DNA from: Felis catus | Lineage: Eukaryota | DNA: 64,000 nt | Direction: 5' to 3' | Assembly (NCBI RefSeq): GCF_018350175.1 | Contig: NC_058369.1 | Span: 15,874,001 to 15,938,000, forward strand | In this document: positions 47,423 through 60,374 of the stretch, piece by piece | How the letters are laid out: each line of letters opens with the position of its first letter | Numbering within the stretch: the first letter of the stretch is position 1 | The notes under the pieces: generated by a model | The model's input: only the letters and a program-made list of their open reading frames with translations | Databases searched by the model: none | What the model was told of the DNA's origin: nothing | Translations under genes and position numbers: made by a program

Positions 47423-49032
47423 TTTTTAATGTTTATTTATTTTTGAGAGAGAGAGAGAGCACAAGTACGTGAGAGACAGAGAGAGAGAGAGAGGGAGGCA
47501 GAGGATCTGAAGCGGGCTGCACGCTGATGGCAGAGAGCCCGATGTGGGGCTCAAATTTACGAACCATGAGACCATAATCTGAGCTGAAGTCGGACGCTTA
47601 ACCGACTGAGCCACCCAGGGGCCCCTACAAATTATATTTTCAAATAATTACTAGCCACATGGAACAGGGTACAAGATATAACATTTAAAATGTCAGAATA
47701 CAGAGGGTCACCTGGGTGGCTCAGTCGGTTGAGGTTGAGCGGTTGACGTTGGCTCAGGTCACAATCTTGTGGTTCATGAGTTCAAGCCCTGTGACAGGCT
47801 CTGTGTGGACAGCTCGAGAGCCCGGGGCCTGCCTCACATTTCGTGTCTCCCCCTCTCTCTACCCCTCCCCCACTCACACTGTGTCTCTCCCGGTCTCTCA
47901 AAATTGAAGAAATGTTAAAAAAAAAAATCAGAATACAGAAACGATATAAAAGTGTGATATGGTACCTAGAAAGGAGATCTGGGGCAGAGGTTCTTTCTCT
48001 GTTTTACGTGGTTTTACCCCAACCATGCTATTTTGACTACACAGTCATGCCTTCCCTATGAAAACATATTCCTCACAATCATCTCTTTCAACTAAGTGAC
48101 AGATCAACCTGCAATACAATTAAAATTCAACCACAATTGAAACACCCCATGTTGAAATATAAAGAGTCAATCTAATCTTTGGGCAAGAAAGTTGGTAAGA
48201 ACATCCAAAATCACCGGGGCGCCCGGGTGGCTCGGTCGATTAAGCGTCCGACTTCGGCTCGGGTCATGATCTCGTAGTCTGTGAGTTCGAGCCCCGCATC
48301 CGGCTCTGTGCTGATGGCTCGGAGCCTGGAGCCTGCTCCGGATTCTGTCTCCTTCTCTCTCTGCCCCTCCCCTGCTTGTGCTCTCTCTCAAAAATCAATA
48401 AATGTAAAAAAAAAAAAATTAAATAAAAAAGAATATCCCAAATCACTTGGCAGGTGAATAAAACCAAGTCACTTAAAATGAACTGACCACACTCCAGCAC
48501 GGAGTGTAGCCTTTGCTCTAGTAACTAATGATAATGATCAGCAGATGTGGAAGTCCTTGTACTGCCCTAAAATACAGTGCTGAGAGGTTCTTGCGTGTTT
48601 CCGGGGAGGGAGCTTCCTGGCTCGCCAGGCAGCCCATTCTGTTCCCACACAACCTGGTAGTTCCCACATGTCCTTCCCCAGGTGGGCCTGACTGTAGTCT
48701 CCTCCAATGCCATCAAGTTTCTGCGCTCTGGGAGTCTACTCCCTCTTCTGCAGGAAAAGCTATCACGTCAGTCCATCTCAAAGGGACCTAAAACGTTGCC
48801 TAATCCAAACCTTTCGTAAAAACGATTAGAGGGACGCCTGGGGGGTTCAGTCCGTTGAGCTTCTCACTCTTGGTTTTGCTCAGGTCATGATCTCATGCTT
48901 TGTGCATTCAAGCCCACCTTGGGCTCTGTGCTGACAGTGTGGAACCTGCTTGGGATTCTTTCTCTCTCTCTCTCTCTCTCTCAATCTCTCTCAAAATAAA
49001 TAAACTTAAAAAGAATCTTAAAAAAAAAAAAA
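47423..49032. mobile_element. Cluster of four CanSINEs in the CCR3 intron: 47423-47624 (-), 47705-47927 (+), 48216-48430 (+), 48830-49032 (+)
   Basis: Each shows a SINE head, (CT)n tract and AATAAA/A tail. Confidence 0.88.
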
Positions 49033-49400
49033 GATTAGAAAACTTGGGTCCAGACCAAAGACAAATACTGGCAAAAACAAAAACAAAAACAAACAACAAA
49101 CAAAGAAACAAAAACTAAAATTAATCTGAGGATTTGAAGCCTCTTATTTTGCATACAAAACATTCTGAGTTCTGTCAGCCACGGCTGATGTTTCTGGACC
49201 TTTCTCACCCTAGCCTGTCCTGTACTCCAGGTTGACATTAACCCTCTTAACGTGGGGTACCTGGGACAGAACATCATATTTCAAATGTGTAGTCTGAACC
49301 TTGAGAAGCAGGGCGAAAATTATTCGATTCAGTCCGGAAGTGTTCAGTGAGCAGCTGTCACTTGTCAGGAGTCCTACGGGCACAGTGACCAGTCGCTAGT

Positions 49401-49591
49401 TCTGCACTGTCCACTCTGGTGACGACTTGCACATGCGGTGACTTCAATTTAAATTCACTACATTTAAATAAAATGAAAAGGTCAGCCACATTTCGAGCGC
49501 TCAACAGCCATTTGGCGAGGGGGGTGCCTCGTTGGACAACACAGACCCAGAACATGTCCATCATTGCAGAAGAGTTCTGTTGGGTAGCGCC
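49401..49591. mobile_element. MER3-like hAT MITE
   Basis: CTGCACTGTCCA..AATTTAAATT..AGCCACATTTCGAGCGCTCAACAGCCA..AGAACATGTCCATCATTGCAGAA..GTTCTGTTGG. Confidence 0.8.
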
Positions 49592-49630
49592 ACACCAGAT
49601 AATTCTTTTGACTATTCCAGGTTCTCTGTA

Positions 49631-49681
49631 AAAACAAAACAAAACAAAACAAAACAAAACAAAACAAAACAAAACAAAACA
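49631..49681 (+). repeat. (AAAAC)n pentanucleotide repeat
   Basis: About 10 units, direct observation. Confidence 0.96.
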
Positions 49682-50027
49682 GTGAAAGGTTGGGAGGCCT
49701 GGCTTCACTGTATAGTGGGAAACAATCCAAGTAGCTAGTTGGAGAGGTAATTGGATGAATAAATGAAGGGGCAGCTGGGTAGAGACGTCGACGGAGAATC
49801 AGGTATGTGGATTTCCTTTCTTCTGGGTGATCTATTAATACAGACTAAAATTGAGTTCGCTCTCAGGGTCGCTGTGTCACAGCGTTGACATTCTTTATTT
49901 TGCTTCTTGCCTAAACTCGAGGAGGTTGGAGGGTATGTAACTGAGGGACAGAAAACAGGTTCATAAAATTCAGGAGAGATTTCATGTCCCCTAAGAGTAG
50001 GGGAGCCGTAAGAATCAGGGTGGCCCA

Positions 50028-50674
50028 GGAGCGTCTGCGTGGCTCAGTCAGTTAAGTGTCTGACTCTTGATCTCGGCTCAGGTCTTGATCTCAGGGTTCT
50101 CGAGTTCAAGCCCCGCTTTGGGCTCCTCACTGAATGCAAAGCCTACTTAAAAAAAAAAAAAAGAAAAGAAAAAGGAATCACTGTGGCCTGGGTCCTACCT
50201 CCAGAAATTCTGGTTTAACTATTCAGGGGTACAGTCTGGCATTGGGATTGCAAAATCTCCCCAGCGTTTGCCAAGAGCAGCCAGGGCTAAGAACAATTGC
50301 CGTAGCCAACTTCTTCTCTCTGTGGAAATCCCCTCCCGTAATGTCCCTATCAGGCAGCCACCCACCCTCTGCTTAGGCGTCTCTAGTTACAGTCTGCTCA
50401 GCACCTCACATGTCATTTGGGATGATCCCCCTCAAGTTCTTTGTTTCTTTTTTTAAAATTTTTTTGGCTGTTTATTTTTTTGAAAGAGAGAGAAAGAGAG
50501 AGACAGAGCGTGAGCAGGGGAGGGGCAGAGAGAGAGGGAGACACAGAACCCGAAGCAGGCTCCAGGCTCCGAGCTGTCAGCACAGAGCCGACTCGGGGCT
50601 TGAACACATGGCCTGTGAGATCATGACGTGAGCCGAAGTTGGACGCTTAACCAACTGAGCCACCCGGGCGCCCC
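50028..50674. mobile_element. Short carnivore SINE 50028-50170 (+) and CanSINE 50447-50674 (-)
   Basis: tRNA-like heads, A-rich tails. Confidence 0.85.
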
Positions 50675-51196
50675 TCAAACTCTTTCTTATGTGGTGTTTG
50701 ACTTTGCCTCTTGGAACGACCTCCTGTGGTTGACAGTGAATCACATTTAGTTTCTTATCTACACACCAGTACCAGTTCTCTTTCCTACCCAAAGTGTCTT
50801 TTCTCCTAGGTGGATGGATACCTCTGGCTCCTTCAACTCATCTTTACCAGGTAGGGTTTCTTCTCCACTGCATTCCAGTTTGGGCAATGTTCACATTCAG
50901 TGTCTTGCCTGGGACCTAGCACAGGGCTCTGGACGTAGTCTCAGACCACTTTAAAATCCCATCACATGGTAACCTGTCATTCTAGCTGACCATAAGGTTA
51001 GCATGTGATGGGCTTTGAAAACAAAGCCAAACCCAAAACTTCCTGCCTAAGATCAGCAACAGGCAGCATTGTCTGAAACAGCAAAGCGTATCTGTTGATA
51101 GGAGACTGGCTAAATAAACTGGTTTATCCACACAGTGGATTCTCTGCAGCAGGAACAAAGAGAACCTTCCACTGCTAAGTGAAAAAAGCAAGGTTC

Positions 51197-51428
51197 GGGG
51201 CGCCTGGGTGGCGCAGTCGGTTAAGCGTCCGACTTCAGCCAGGTCACGATCTCGCGGTCCGTGAGTTCGAGCCCCGCGTCGGGCTCTGGGCTGATGGCTC
51301 AGAGCCTGGAGCCTGGTTCCGATTCTGTGTCTCCCTCTCTCTCTGCCCCTCCCCCGTTCATGCTCTGTCTCTCTCTGTCCCAAAAATAAATAAAAAACAT
51401 TGAAAAAAAAATTAAAAAAAAAAAAAAA
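51197..51428 (+). mobile_element. Young feline CanSINE with TSD
   Basis: TSD GAAAAAAGCAAGGT at 51181-51194 and 51429-51442. Confidence 0.94.
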
Positions 51429-52340
51429 GAAAAAAGCAAGGTGCGCGATGATGAATGTAGTGTTCTGCTTTTATGCAGCCAACAGGGTAAGATTAGAAAA
51501 TATCTACCTGCTTACGCTTGTGTATGGAAACCCTGGGAAGGAAGAGCAGTTACCCACACGGTTGAGCGGGGGTGTCGGGGGGCAATTTTCTGCGTGCCTT
51601 CGGAGCCGAGGCCCGGCAGCGTTTGTTGTAGATTACCTTTTCAAGTATGTTTTGTAGAAACGGCCTCGGAAGACAGAACATCTCTCTCCAGGGCGGACAA
51701 AGAGTTTTGTCTGCTCTCTGGTGGAATTCAAATAATGTTTCCCTCCTGGGCAAAGACTGGGCAGGCTTGTTGTCAGCCCCGTATGAGCGATCGGAGGTTC
51801 CTGGACTCAGATTCCTCGGCTTTGAGGCAAATCTGCTGTACGTGGGCCCCGTGCGACTTGGGGGCAGGGAGAACCGTGAACTTCAAGTTCACGTGTCTGC
51901 TGTGCCACGAGCAATACATCCTGTGTCCTTTATCTAATGGGCACGTGCCTTCTGCTGGTATCCGCGAGGAAGTGGCAGGCTTACTTGTTAGCCTACAGGT
52001 AGGGTAAGATCTTAGACCCTTCACAGTTCTTGACGGGGAAGAGACACATGGGGATGTGCTGTAGGATGAGACTTTTTATTGTGTATCTTCTCATAGCATT
52101 AGGTTTTGAACCATATGATTGTGTCTATTACCTACTCAGTCATCAATATCATGACATTTGAAATAAAAATGTTACTCTTGTAAAAAAAAAACAACTTTTG
52201 TCATGTAAATTTAGATTAAGTTCATGGAAGTTGTCTGCAGATTATGGGAAGTGATGATTTCTTGGCATCCCCAAGGTGGGCAGAATTAAGTGCCCAGTAG
52301 AACTCTCCTGATTCCTGGTTCCATAATTTGCCAGGAATTA

Positions 52341-52346
<6 letters not shown>

Positions 52347-52374
<28 letters not shown>
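52347..52374 (+). repeat. (TATC)n tetranucleotide repeat
   Basis: About 7 units, direct observation. Confidence 0.92.
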
Positions 52375-53226
52375 AATCATCTGTCTCTGTCTCTATCCCT
52401 TACCTGTCATCTTTGTGAGAGATAATCTGACCTCTGATACCTCTCTGTCGGTAAGGAAATGGATTAATATAATCCGGCGTTCCCATCAAGTTATTTAATT
52501 TGGTTGCGGTCCATACTTATTCGTAGAAATCCAAAGTCCTCATTTAGTATAACTAAAGATGTTAACGAAGGCTGAAATGTCTGGTGGAAACCATTGGATA
52601 CCAATCATTGTAAGTTTTCTAGAACCTTGGGTCATGGACCACAGACCGGATATTTGTGGAAAGAGAAGCATTTCTGTTCAGATGGAAGAAATGTTTGCTC
52701 TTCTGAAGTCATATTTTACTACCTTGGACAAGATCTTAGATATTTTGGAAGGGCCCAAGAACTTGAAAAACAAAGGTCAACGGGCGGAGGGGAGGAGAGT
52801 TCGTATACAGTTCTAGGCGTATATTAACATACACGCTGGGTCAGTGTTCTAGATGCTCTCGAACGTGTTAGTTCAGATAATCCTCACCTCACTCCTCAGC
52901 CCACGGAATGCATTCTTTGCTTGGCTTCTGGGACACCAGCTCTCCTGGTTTGGCTCCTACCTCACTGTCCACTCGTTCTGAGTCTCTCGTGCTGTGTCCT
53001 TCTTTTTCTTCTGAACTCTGATTTTTTTTTTTTTTTTTTGTGAGAGCGAAAGAGACAAAGCACTTGCACACCCACAAGCCAGAGTAGTGACTTTACTAAA
53101 CTGACGTAATCATTCGGCCTGTGGCCTTCTACCTGCCGTTCCTGGTTTTAAGCAAACTCCCCTGCTGTCAAGGATCAGCACTCTTCATCAGTAGGCACAG
53201 CGGATTTCCCCTTCAGTGAAGTTTCA

Positions 53227-56200
53227 TTCATGAACGAGGGAGGGGCAGAGAGAGAGGGAGACACAGAATCGGAAGCAGGCTCCAGGCTCCGAGCGGTCAG
53301 CCCAGAGCCCGACGCGGGGCTCGAACTCACAGACCGCGAGATCGTGACCTGAGCTGAAGTCGGACGCTTAACCGACTGAGCCACCCAGGCGCCCCCAAAA
53401 TGGACTTTTTTCAAAAAATGTGTATTTATTTATTTTGAGACAGAGGAGCATGCGCGGGTGTGCGTGGGTGGGGGGAGGGGCAGAGGGAGAGGGAGAGAGA
53501 AGAGAATCCCCAGCGGGCTCCACGCTGCCCGTGCAGAGCCCGAGGCAGGCTCGATCTCACCTGAGCCAAAATCAAAAGCCGGATGTTTAACCAACTGAGC
53601 CACCCAGGCGCCCCTACAAAACGGGTTTCACATTAGCCGTATCGTTTTTCACCCAGCCGACAAGAACTCATTTGCCTTTACTTCTAAAAGCATTCAGGGG
53701 GTGCCTGGGGGGCTCAGTTCGGTTGAGCATCTCACTTGGGCTCAGGTCATGATCTCACAGCTTGCGAGTTCGAGCCCCGGTCGGGCTCTGTGCTGTCAGC
53801 ACGGAGCCTGCTTCGGATCTTCTGTCCGCCACCAACCCCCCCCCCCCGCCCCCGTCTGCCCCTTCCCTGCTTGCGCTCTCTCTCTCTCCAAAATAAATAA
53901 ATCTTAAAAGCAAAAAAAGCATTCAGACAAGTCCGAGAAACATTGCAAACGATTAGCTCAGGGTATATCTCTGGCTTTGGCTGCCATAGACTGTAGCTCT
54001 AATATTGTGGAGAGTCATGACTTCCACATATAGTAGACACCCACAGTGAGGAGGTGATGCCCAGAGAAAGGAGTCCACCATCACGCCAAAGGTCCCCGTC
54101 CTGTGGGCAGATGCTGACGGGCAGGTGAGGCTATAGAGAGCCCAGGTTTCTTTGAGTCAAGAACACTGCGGATCAAGTCCCAACTTAGCCGTTTGCTCTC
54201 TGTGTGATCATAAGTTAGGGAATTTCTCTGAGAGGGAGACACGGAATCCGAAGCAGGCTCCGGGTTCTGAGCTGTCCGCGCAGAGCCTGACGCGGGGCTC
54301 GAACCCACAGAACCGTGAGATCGTGACCTGAGCCGAAGTCGGACGCTTAACCGACTGAGCCACCCAGGCGCCCTGAAATGTTCATTTTCTTATCTCTTCA
54401 AGACCACGCGTATTCAGAAAGTCTCCTGTTTTTATTTTTTTCCGGCTTATGTCCAATGGTTTAGTGGAATGCATGCAAATGGAATCAGGAATATTGAAGA
54501 ATATGTGACAACGGTGATGTTAGAAGCCTGAGGAGGAGAGGGTGGTTATTCACCCATTTACAGAGAAGGAAAATAGATGGCACTTCGTGCCACATATCAA
54601 ACTAAATTCACAGTGGGTTAGAGATGCGTAGCCATGAAATGTTGAACCGCAAAGATACTAAGATATATACAAACATTCATGACCTCTGGGATGTGGATGT
54701 CCTCACTGAATGGAACCCCGATGCGATAATAGCGTGGGTTTTAGAGCAAAAGGGCACAGGATCAAGTCCCAGTTCTGCTGTGCACAGAATAGCCTCAGGC
54801 AACTGACCAAGCTTTGCCAAGCCTCTGTTTGCTCATCTATGAAGTGGGGATGGGAAAACCTACCTTGCAAAGTTGTGAGATCAAGCAAACTATGTGAAAT
54901 GTTTGGCCTAAGGAAGGTTCAATTACCATTGACTTTTTTTTTAATGTTTATTTTTGAGAGAGAGAGAGTGGAGGAGGGGCAGAGAGAGAAAGAGAGAGAG
55001 GGAGAGAAGGAAAAAGGATCCCAAGCAGGCTCCTGGCTGACAGCAGAGAGCCTGATGCAGGGCTCCAACTCACGAGCCGGGAGATCATGACCTGATCTGA
55101 AATCAAGAGTCGGCAGCTCAACCGTCTGAGCCACCCGGGTGCCCCCTAAAGAGAAATTTCTAAGAAAAATCTCCCTTCCCCCAGTCTGGTGGTTGTATGT
55201 TAACTCCACCCAAGCTCAAAGAGGAAAACCAAACATTAAGATCTTTAAAACAAAATTCAAATGCTCTCTACCTCATGTGACTTCCACGTCAAGTTTCTTA
55301 GATCTCAGGGTGTGGTTTCAGGTGCTGATGAGTACGTGCTTCAGCTTATAATTTGCCCACGTTTTCACCCCACTTACCTTGAGAAAGCGTGTTTGCCAAA
55401 TCTTCCAGCTGTCCTTGCTAGAAGAAGGCATCTGCCGTTAGTGACAGTTTAATTGATAAGGGAATTTAGACAACTTCCACATCTTACAACTTTAAAAATT
55501 ACCTGGGACGCCTGGGTGGCTCAGTCGGTTAAGCATCCGACTTCGGTTCAGGTCACGATCTTAAGGTGAGTTCGAGCCCCGTGTCGGGCTCTGCGCTGAC
55601 AGCTGGGAACCCGGAGCCTGCTTCGGAATCTGTGTCTCCCTCTCTCTCTGCCCCTCCACTGTTCATGCTCTGTCTCTCTCTCAAAAATAAATGAGCATTT
55701 AAAAATTTTTAAAAATTACCGTCCCCCCCCCTTCTACAACTATTTTCATTATTTGCTCATTGCTTTTTATACGCATACAGTTTCACGATGTCGCGGTCTT
55801 ACTACACGCACTTTATATTCTCTTCATCTCCCATGACCACTTGTTGGTGATTCCACCTGGTTTTAGTGAACTAGTTTTAGTGACTGTAGAATAATCTATT
55901 GCATCAGTGGACTACGATTTGTTCAAAATCTCCTTCGTGTGTCAAACTTTTCAACAGTTTCCATTTCTCTTGTTTCTTTCTGTTACGAAACGAGGCCACA
56001 AGGAACATCTGTACCTTGTGATTTGATTCGGCGGATTTCTTCCCCTTGGGGTAAATTCCTCAGAGTAGAACCACTGGCTCAAAGCCACGTGTACCTTGTT
56101 GATTCTTGTTGTTTATAACATTTCAAAAACTTATTGAACCAAGTTACATTACATCAGCAATGTCTTACTGTTCTCGGCTTGCCCCAACCTCACCAGCATT

Positions 56201-57742
56201 GATGGAGTGACATCACTTACTTTTTTTTTTAATGTTTATCTATTTTTGAGAGAGAGTGCAAGCGAGGGAGGGGCAGAGAGAAAGGGGAACAGAGGTTCCA
56301 AAGCACGGAGCTGACAGCAGAGAGCCTGATGTGGGGCTCGAACTCACTAACGGCGAGATCATGACTCGGGCTGAAGCCGGAGGCTCAACTGACTGAGCCA
56401 CCCAGGCACCCCTATTTTTTTTTGACATTCCAAACTTCAATACATTTTCTAAAGAAGAGTCTCTAATTCTAGATGAGGGGGGGAGGGGGAGGGCTCCTCT
56501 CCTTCTGACTCTAGGAATTGCGAGAGGAAGAGTCCAAGGTCACCGAAGGAAGCAGTCGTGCTCGGGGGTTCCTGTCTCCCCCACCCAGGCTTTGACCAGA
56601 GTTAGAGGGTGTGAGGGGCTGTTTGATAAATTGGGGAGGGGACCCTCGCAGACCCTCCCCTCTGCAAGTCGCTTTCTTATTCACATGGGTGGCCGGCACA
56701 GTTAAGCTGGTGGTCGGGGGGAAAAATCGTTTCATCTGTACCCTCGAGTGTCCCTGGGTTTGTCCATGGCACGGACACGGAGTCAAGGAGCAGTGTGTCT
56801 GCTCAGTGCCTGTCAGTTCAGGAGAAGGTGCCAGAAGTCTGATGACGTGGCAGCCACAGAGGGCCCCCCACTCCGGCCAGGGCTGCAGAGGTCACTATGC
56901 CCAGGGATGATTGAGAATGAATGGATCGTGAGGCCATGAGCCACAAAACAGCAGGTGCCAGCAGAAAGTTCAGGGTCGAGACCAGGTGGCCCTTCCTCAG
57001 CAGACACCAGCCACAGGACTAGGACAGACGGAAGACCCGGGCGCCTTCTTCCCACTCCCCCCATGCAGGCCCCTCCCCCATATCTCCACTACCGTCTTCG
57101 AAAGGCCCAATGAGAGGAGATGAGAAGCCAAAATTAAGAAGCTGGCAACGTAAACAGGATGAGAAAAACTAAAGCCGTCCTTCAAATGAATGGGTCAGGC
57201 TAAGTTTAAACCACTCTGGACTGCAATTTGTGAATCCTTCTTCCTGCTGCCCGGTGGAAAGCTGGTAAGACCCAAATCGTTTTTGGAGACTGAAGAAACT
57301 TCATTTGCGTTGCGTAGCTGAGGTGCCCTGTGAGCAGTTTTAGAGAACCAGCTAAGGTAGTGGGAATGCAGTTTTTGGTAAAACTCGCACCCGTGCATGC
57401 ATATCTGCATCAAGAAATGCTCATAGTGGTGAAATCTGGGGTGGTTTTTACTTTTGTGTTTTTGCTTTTCTTTACTGTTGCTGCCTGTTGGCTGTTACTG
57501 TACCAGCTTTCCAAAAATGCAAAAAGACCTTTTTTAAAAAAATGTTTATTTATTTATTTATTTTGAGAGACAGAGCGCAAGCAGGGGAGGGGCAGAGGGA
57601 AAGGGAGAGAGAGAGAATCTTAAGTAGGATCCACACCCAACGTTGAGCCGGACATGGGGCTCGATCCCACCACCCTGAGATCATGACCTGAGCTGAAATC
57701 AACAGTCGGATGCTCAACCAACTGAGCCACCCAGGTGCCCCC
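53227..57742. mobile_element. SINE-dense segment: 53227-53396 (-, tail missing), 53405-53614 (-), 53697-53910 (+), 54230-54373 (-, tail missing), 54934-55146 (-), 55505-55712 (+), 56221-56412 (-), 57530-57742 (-), plus a MIR near 54730-54910
   Basis: Each copy recognisable by the CanSINE body. Confidence 0.85.
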
Positions 57743-58235
57743 AGAAAGACATTTTTGAAAGCCTAATTCAAACCTCTTGACGATGTCAGACCTAAATATT
57801 CATTTTGCTCTGGACAATGGAGACAGATGAAAACCATTTCAGTTTTCGTATCTCTGACCCCATGTAATTAGTCGTCAAAGGACTTGGCTTCCGACTCCAG
57901 AAAACCTGCATTCCTCCCTGTGCCTTGCACCCCAGAACCCCCAAGAGATTCTACAGTCTGCTCGTGGTCATGTGGAAAGTGACACACAAATTAAAGTTAT
58001 GATCATCGAGTTGAACAAAACCCCAGTGAATTTTTTTCTTTTTTTAATTTGACTTGTTTTTAGATCAGCCTCGGAGAAGAGGAAAGATAATAGAAATATT
58101 AAGTAGAGGCTTCTATACTTTTGGGAGCAAGTGACTCTGTTTATTGTTTGCTTTCGGCATTAAAGTTTACAGGCATGCTCTCTGTGATTATAAATGCGTG
58201 ATGGACAAAATAATGGGTATTTTTTTTTCCCTCAG

Positions 58236-58292
58236 AGGCTGTGGACTGTGCCATTAGGGGTAAGAATGCTGAACAGATCATACAATCAGCTG
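58236..58292 (+). other. CCR3: Putative alternative CCR3 5' UTR exon
   Basis: Acceptor TTTTTTTTTCCCTCAG| followed by GCTGTGGACTGTGCCATTAGGGGTAAGAATGCTG, resembling the recalled human optional exon encoding MPFGIRMLL. Confidence 0.5.
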
Positions 58293-58890
58293 GTTTTAGT
58301 GCCGTTTTCCACCTAAAAGCCTGAGTGTGTTCCTTATCAGTGTGCTGCCCTGGGACAGAGCCATGAAAATAGATTAAGTTCTAAGAGACCCTATTTCTTC
58401 CTACGTTGATATGAAACCTCTCGTTGTCTTCCTTTTGGTTCTGCTCCTACGAATTTTACAGCTTTTTTGATCTTGATCCTGAACGTAACTTCAAGTGGTA
58501 TCGTGATTCTTATGTGCGGGATGAGTAAATGAGGCTCGAAGTTCAGCTCTCGCCCCCAAGTCCTACAGCTGGTGGCAGGAACGGCCAGGGATGCCTCCTG
58601 CCCGTGTCCAATCTCGCTCTGACTACCTAGGACCTTGACAGGTGCTGACCTTTGGGGTCCCAGTATTTTATTAAGAAGCAAAGACAGTGCCTCGCCATTG
58701 GCTCTAATTATTGCACTCCTGAGATTTACCTTGAGAAATGCCACTGACCTATGGTCACATCCTTATACTTGTCCCTTCCTCAGAGAAAGGAGAAAGTCAG
58801 TAGGACTTCTTCCAAGGAGACAGGGCAGAGATGAACAGGAACTCCTTCCTCATCTGTCTGTCCTTCTTCTCCAGTGAAGTCTGTAATCTT

Positions 58891-59125
58891 TTTTTTTCTT
58901 TCTTTTTTTTTAAATTTTTTTTCAACGTTTATTTATTTTTGGGACAGAGAGAGACAGAGCATGAACGGGGGAGGGGCAGAGAGAGAGGGAGACACAGAAT
59001 CGGAAACAGGCTCCAGGCTCCGAGCCATCAGCCCAGAGCCCGACGCGGGGCTCGAACTCCCGGACCGCGAGATCGTGACCTGGCTGAAGTCGGACGCTTA
59101 ACCGACTGCGCCACCCAGGCACCCC
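58891..59125 (-). mobile_element. Young feline CanSINE with perfect TSD
   Basis: TSD TGAAGTCTGTAATCTT at 58875-58890 and 59126-59141. Confidence 0.95.
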
Positions 59126-59399
59126 TGAAGTCTGTAATCTTAAAAGCAGGCACTGGCTTTAGGGATCCTTGTTTAAAAAACATCACATCTGCTAAGAAAT
59201 TCCGTTAGCCTAACCCTCCTACTCGGCAGGGACTTTATGAAGCAGGGACTCTAGGGGGTCTGCTGTTGGCATATGACTGGATTATCTCAGCATTATGAGA
59301 AGCAGGAAAAAGGAAGCAGCCTTTGTTTATTGCTTATAACTGTAATGGCTATAATAGTTGGTAACAACTAGAATGGTGAGGTCTTTCAAAGTTAAACAG

Positions 59400-59640
59400 T
59401 TTTTTTTAGTGTGTATTTATTTTATTTTATTTTTTATTAGAAAAACTTTTTTGACACTTATATATTATAGAGAGAGCATGAGCAGGGGAGGGGTAGAGAG
59501 AGGGGACACAGAACCCGAAGCAGGCTCCAGGCTCTGAGCTGTCAGCACAGAGCCCGACGCGGGGCTCGAACTCACGGACCGCGAGATGGTGACCTAAGTC
59601 AGAGTCGGACGCCCAGCCAACTGAGTCACCCTGGTGCCCC
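59400..59640 (-). mobile_element. CanSINE
   Basis: Antisense body flanked by CAAAGTTAAAC / AAAAGTTAAAC. Confidence 0.88.
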
Positions 59641-60374
59641 AAAAGTTAAACTTAGTGACTTTTTGTTTTTGAATCTAGTGAGGAGAAAACTGGACAATGA
59701 AACTGAAAATCTAGCCTGAACTTTTATATTCACTTGTTAGAGGATTTGGGGTAAACTACTAAACTGCTTCGAGGTTGAGAGTTTCCCCATCAGCTCTGAT
59801 GAACGGCGCATTGTTAAGGAGCCACAGAGAGGGGTAGTTATTTGTAATAATAACAATCGCTATGATTGCAACCATTTGGTTTTGAAACAGGCAAGATGAT
59901 TCCAAAAGTCGTATATAAACTGTAAAACATAAAATTCAAAATGCCTGAAAAGATATGGCGACAATCATCAGTATAATATTATTATTATCACTCTCCAGCC
60001 TGCTTTTTCCTGTTTTGTGTTTCTTCAAACGCTTGCAGAAATGAACGCCTTCTTTCTTCACCCCATCCACCACCTTTCTGTTTCTTTTCCCTTGGTGAAT
60101 CGCGCTGACTTTCGAAACTTCACATCTTTCATGCCTGACGCCTCCCCGCACAGCATCCCGGACGTACTTCTAAACATGTGCTAAAGATCATTGAAGTGTC
60201 TAGGTTGTATCTAGGTTGTTTAATCGTATGTGCTTTTGTGGGTAAATGGATAAATCAATGGGCGTGGCTCGCCAAGGGTGACCGTACCTAATTGTGGGGT
60301 TGTTTTTTGTTTTTGTTTTTGTTTTTGTTTGTCGTCGTCATCGTCGTCGCCGTTGTCTTTCTATCATAGGGACA

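Noticed and set aside
50028..50125. tRNA-like sequence with A and B boxes
   Set aside because: Head of a tRNA-derived carnivore SINE followed by an A tail. No proper cloverleaf.
12471..59208. Recurrent short ORFs such as GQRETEHERGRGRERGRHRIG and GAPGWRSRLSVRLQPG
   Set aside because: Translations of CanSINE copies, not a gene family.
60294..60374. 27-aa N-terminal extension of CCR3 ([16 protein letters not shown])
   Set aside because: Intronic simple repeats upstream of the acceptor; the start is a GTG.
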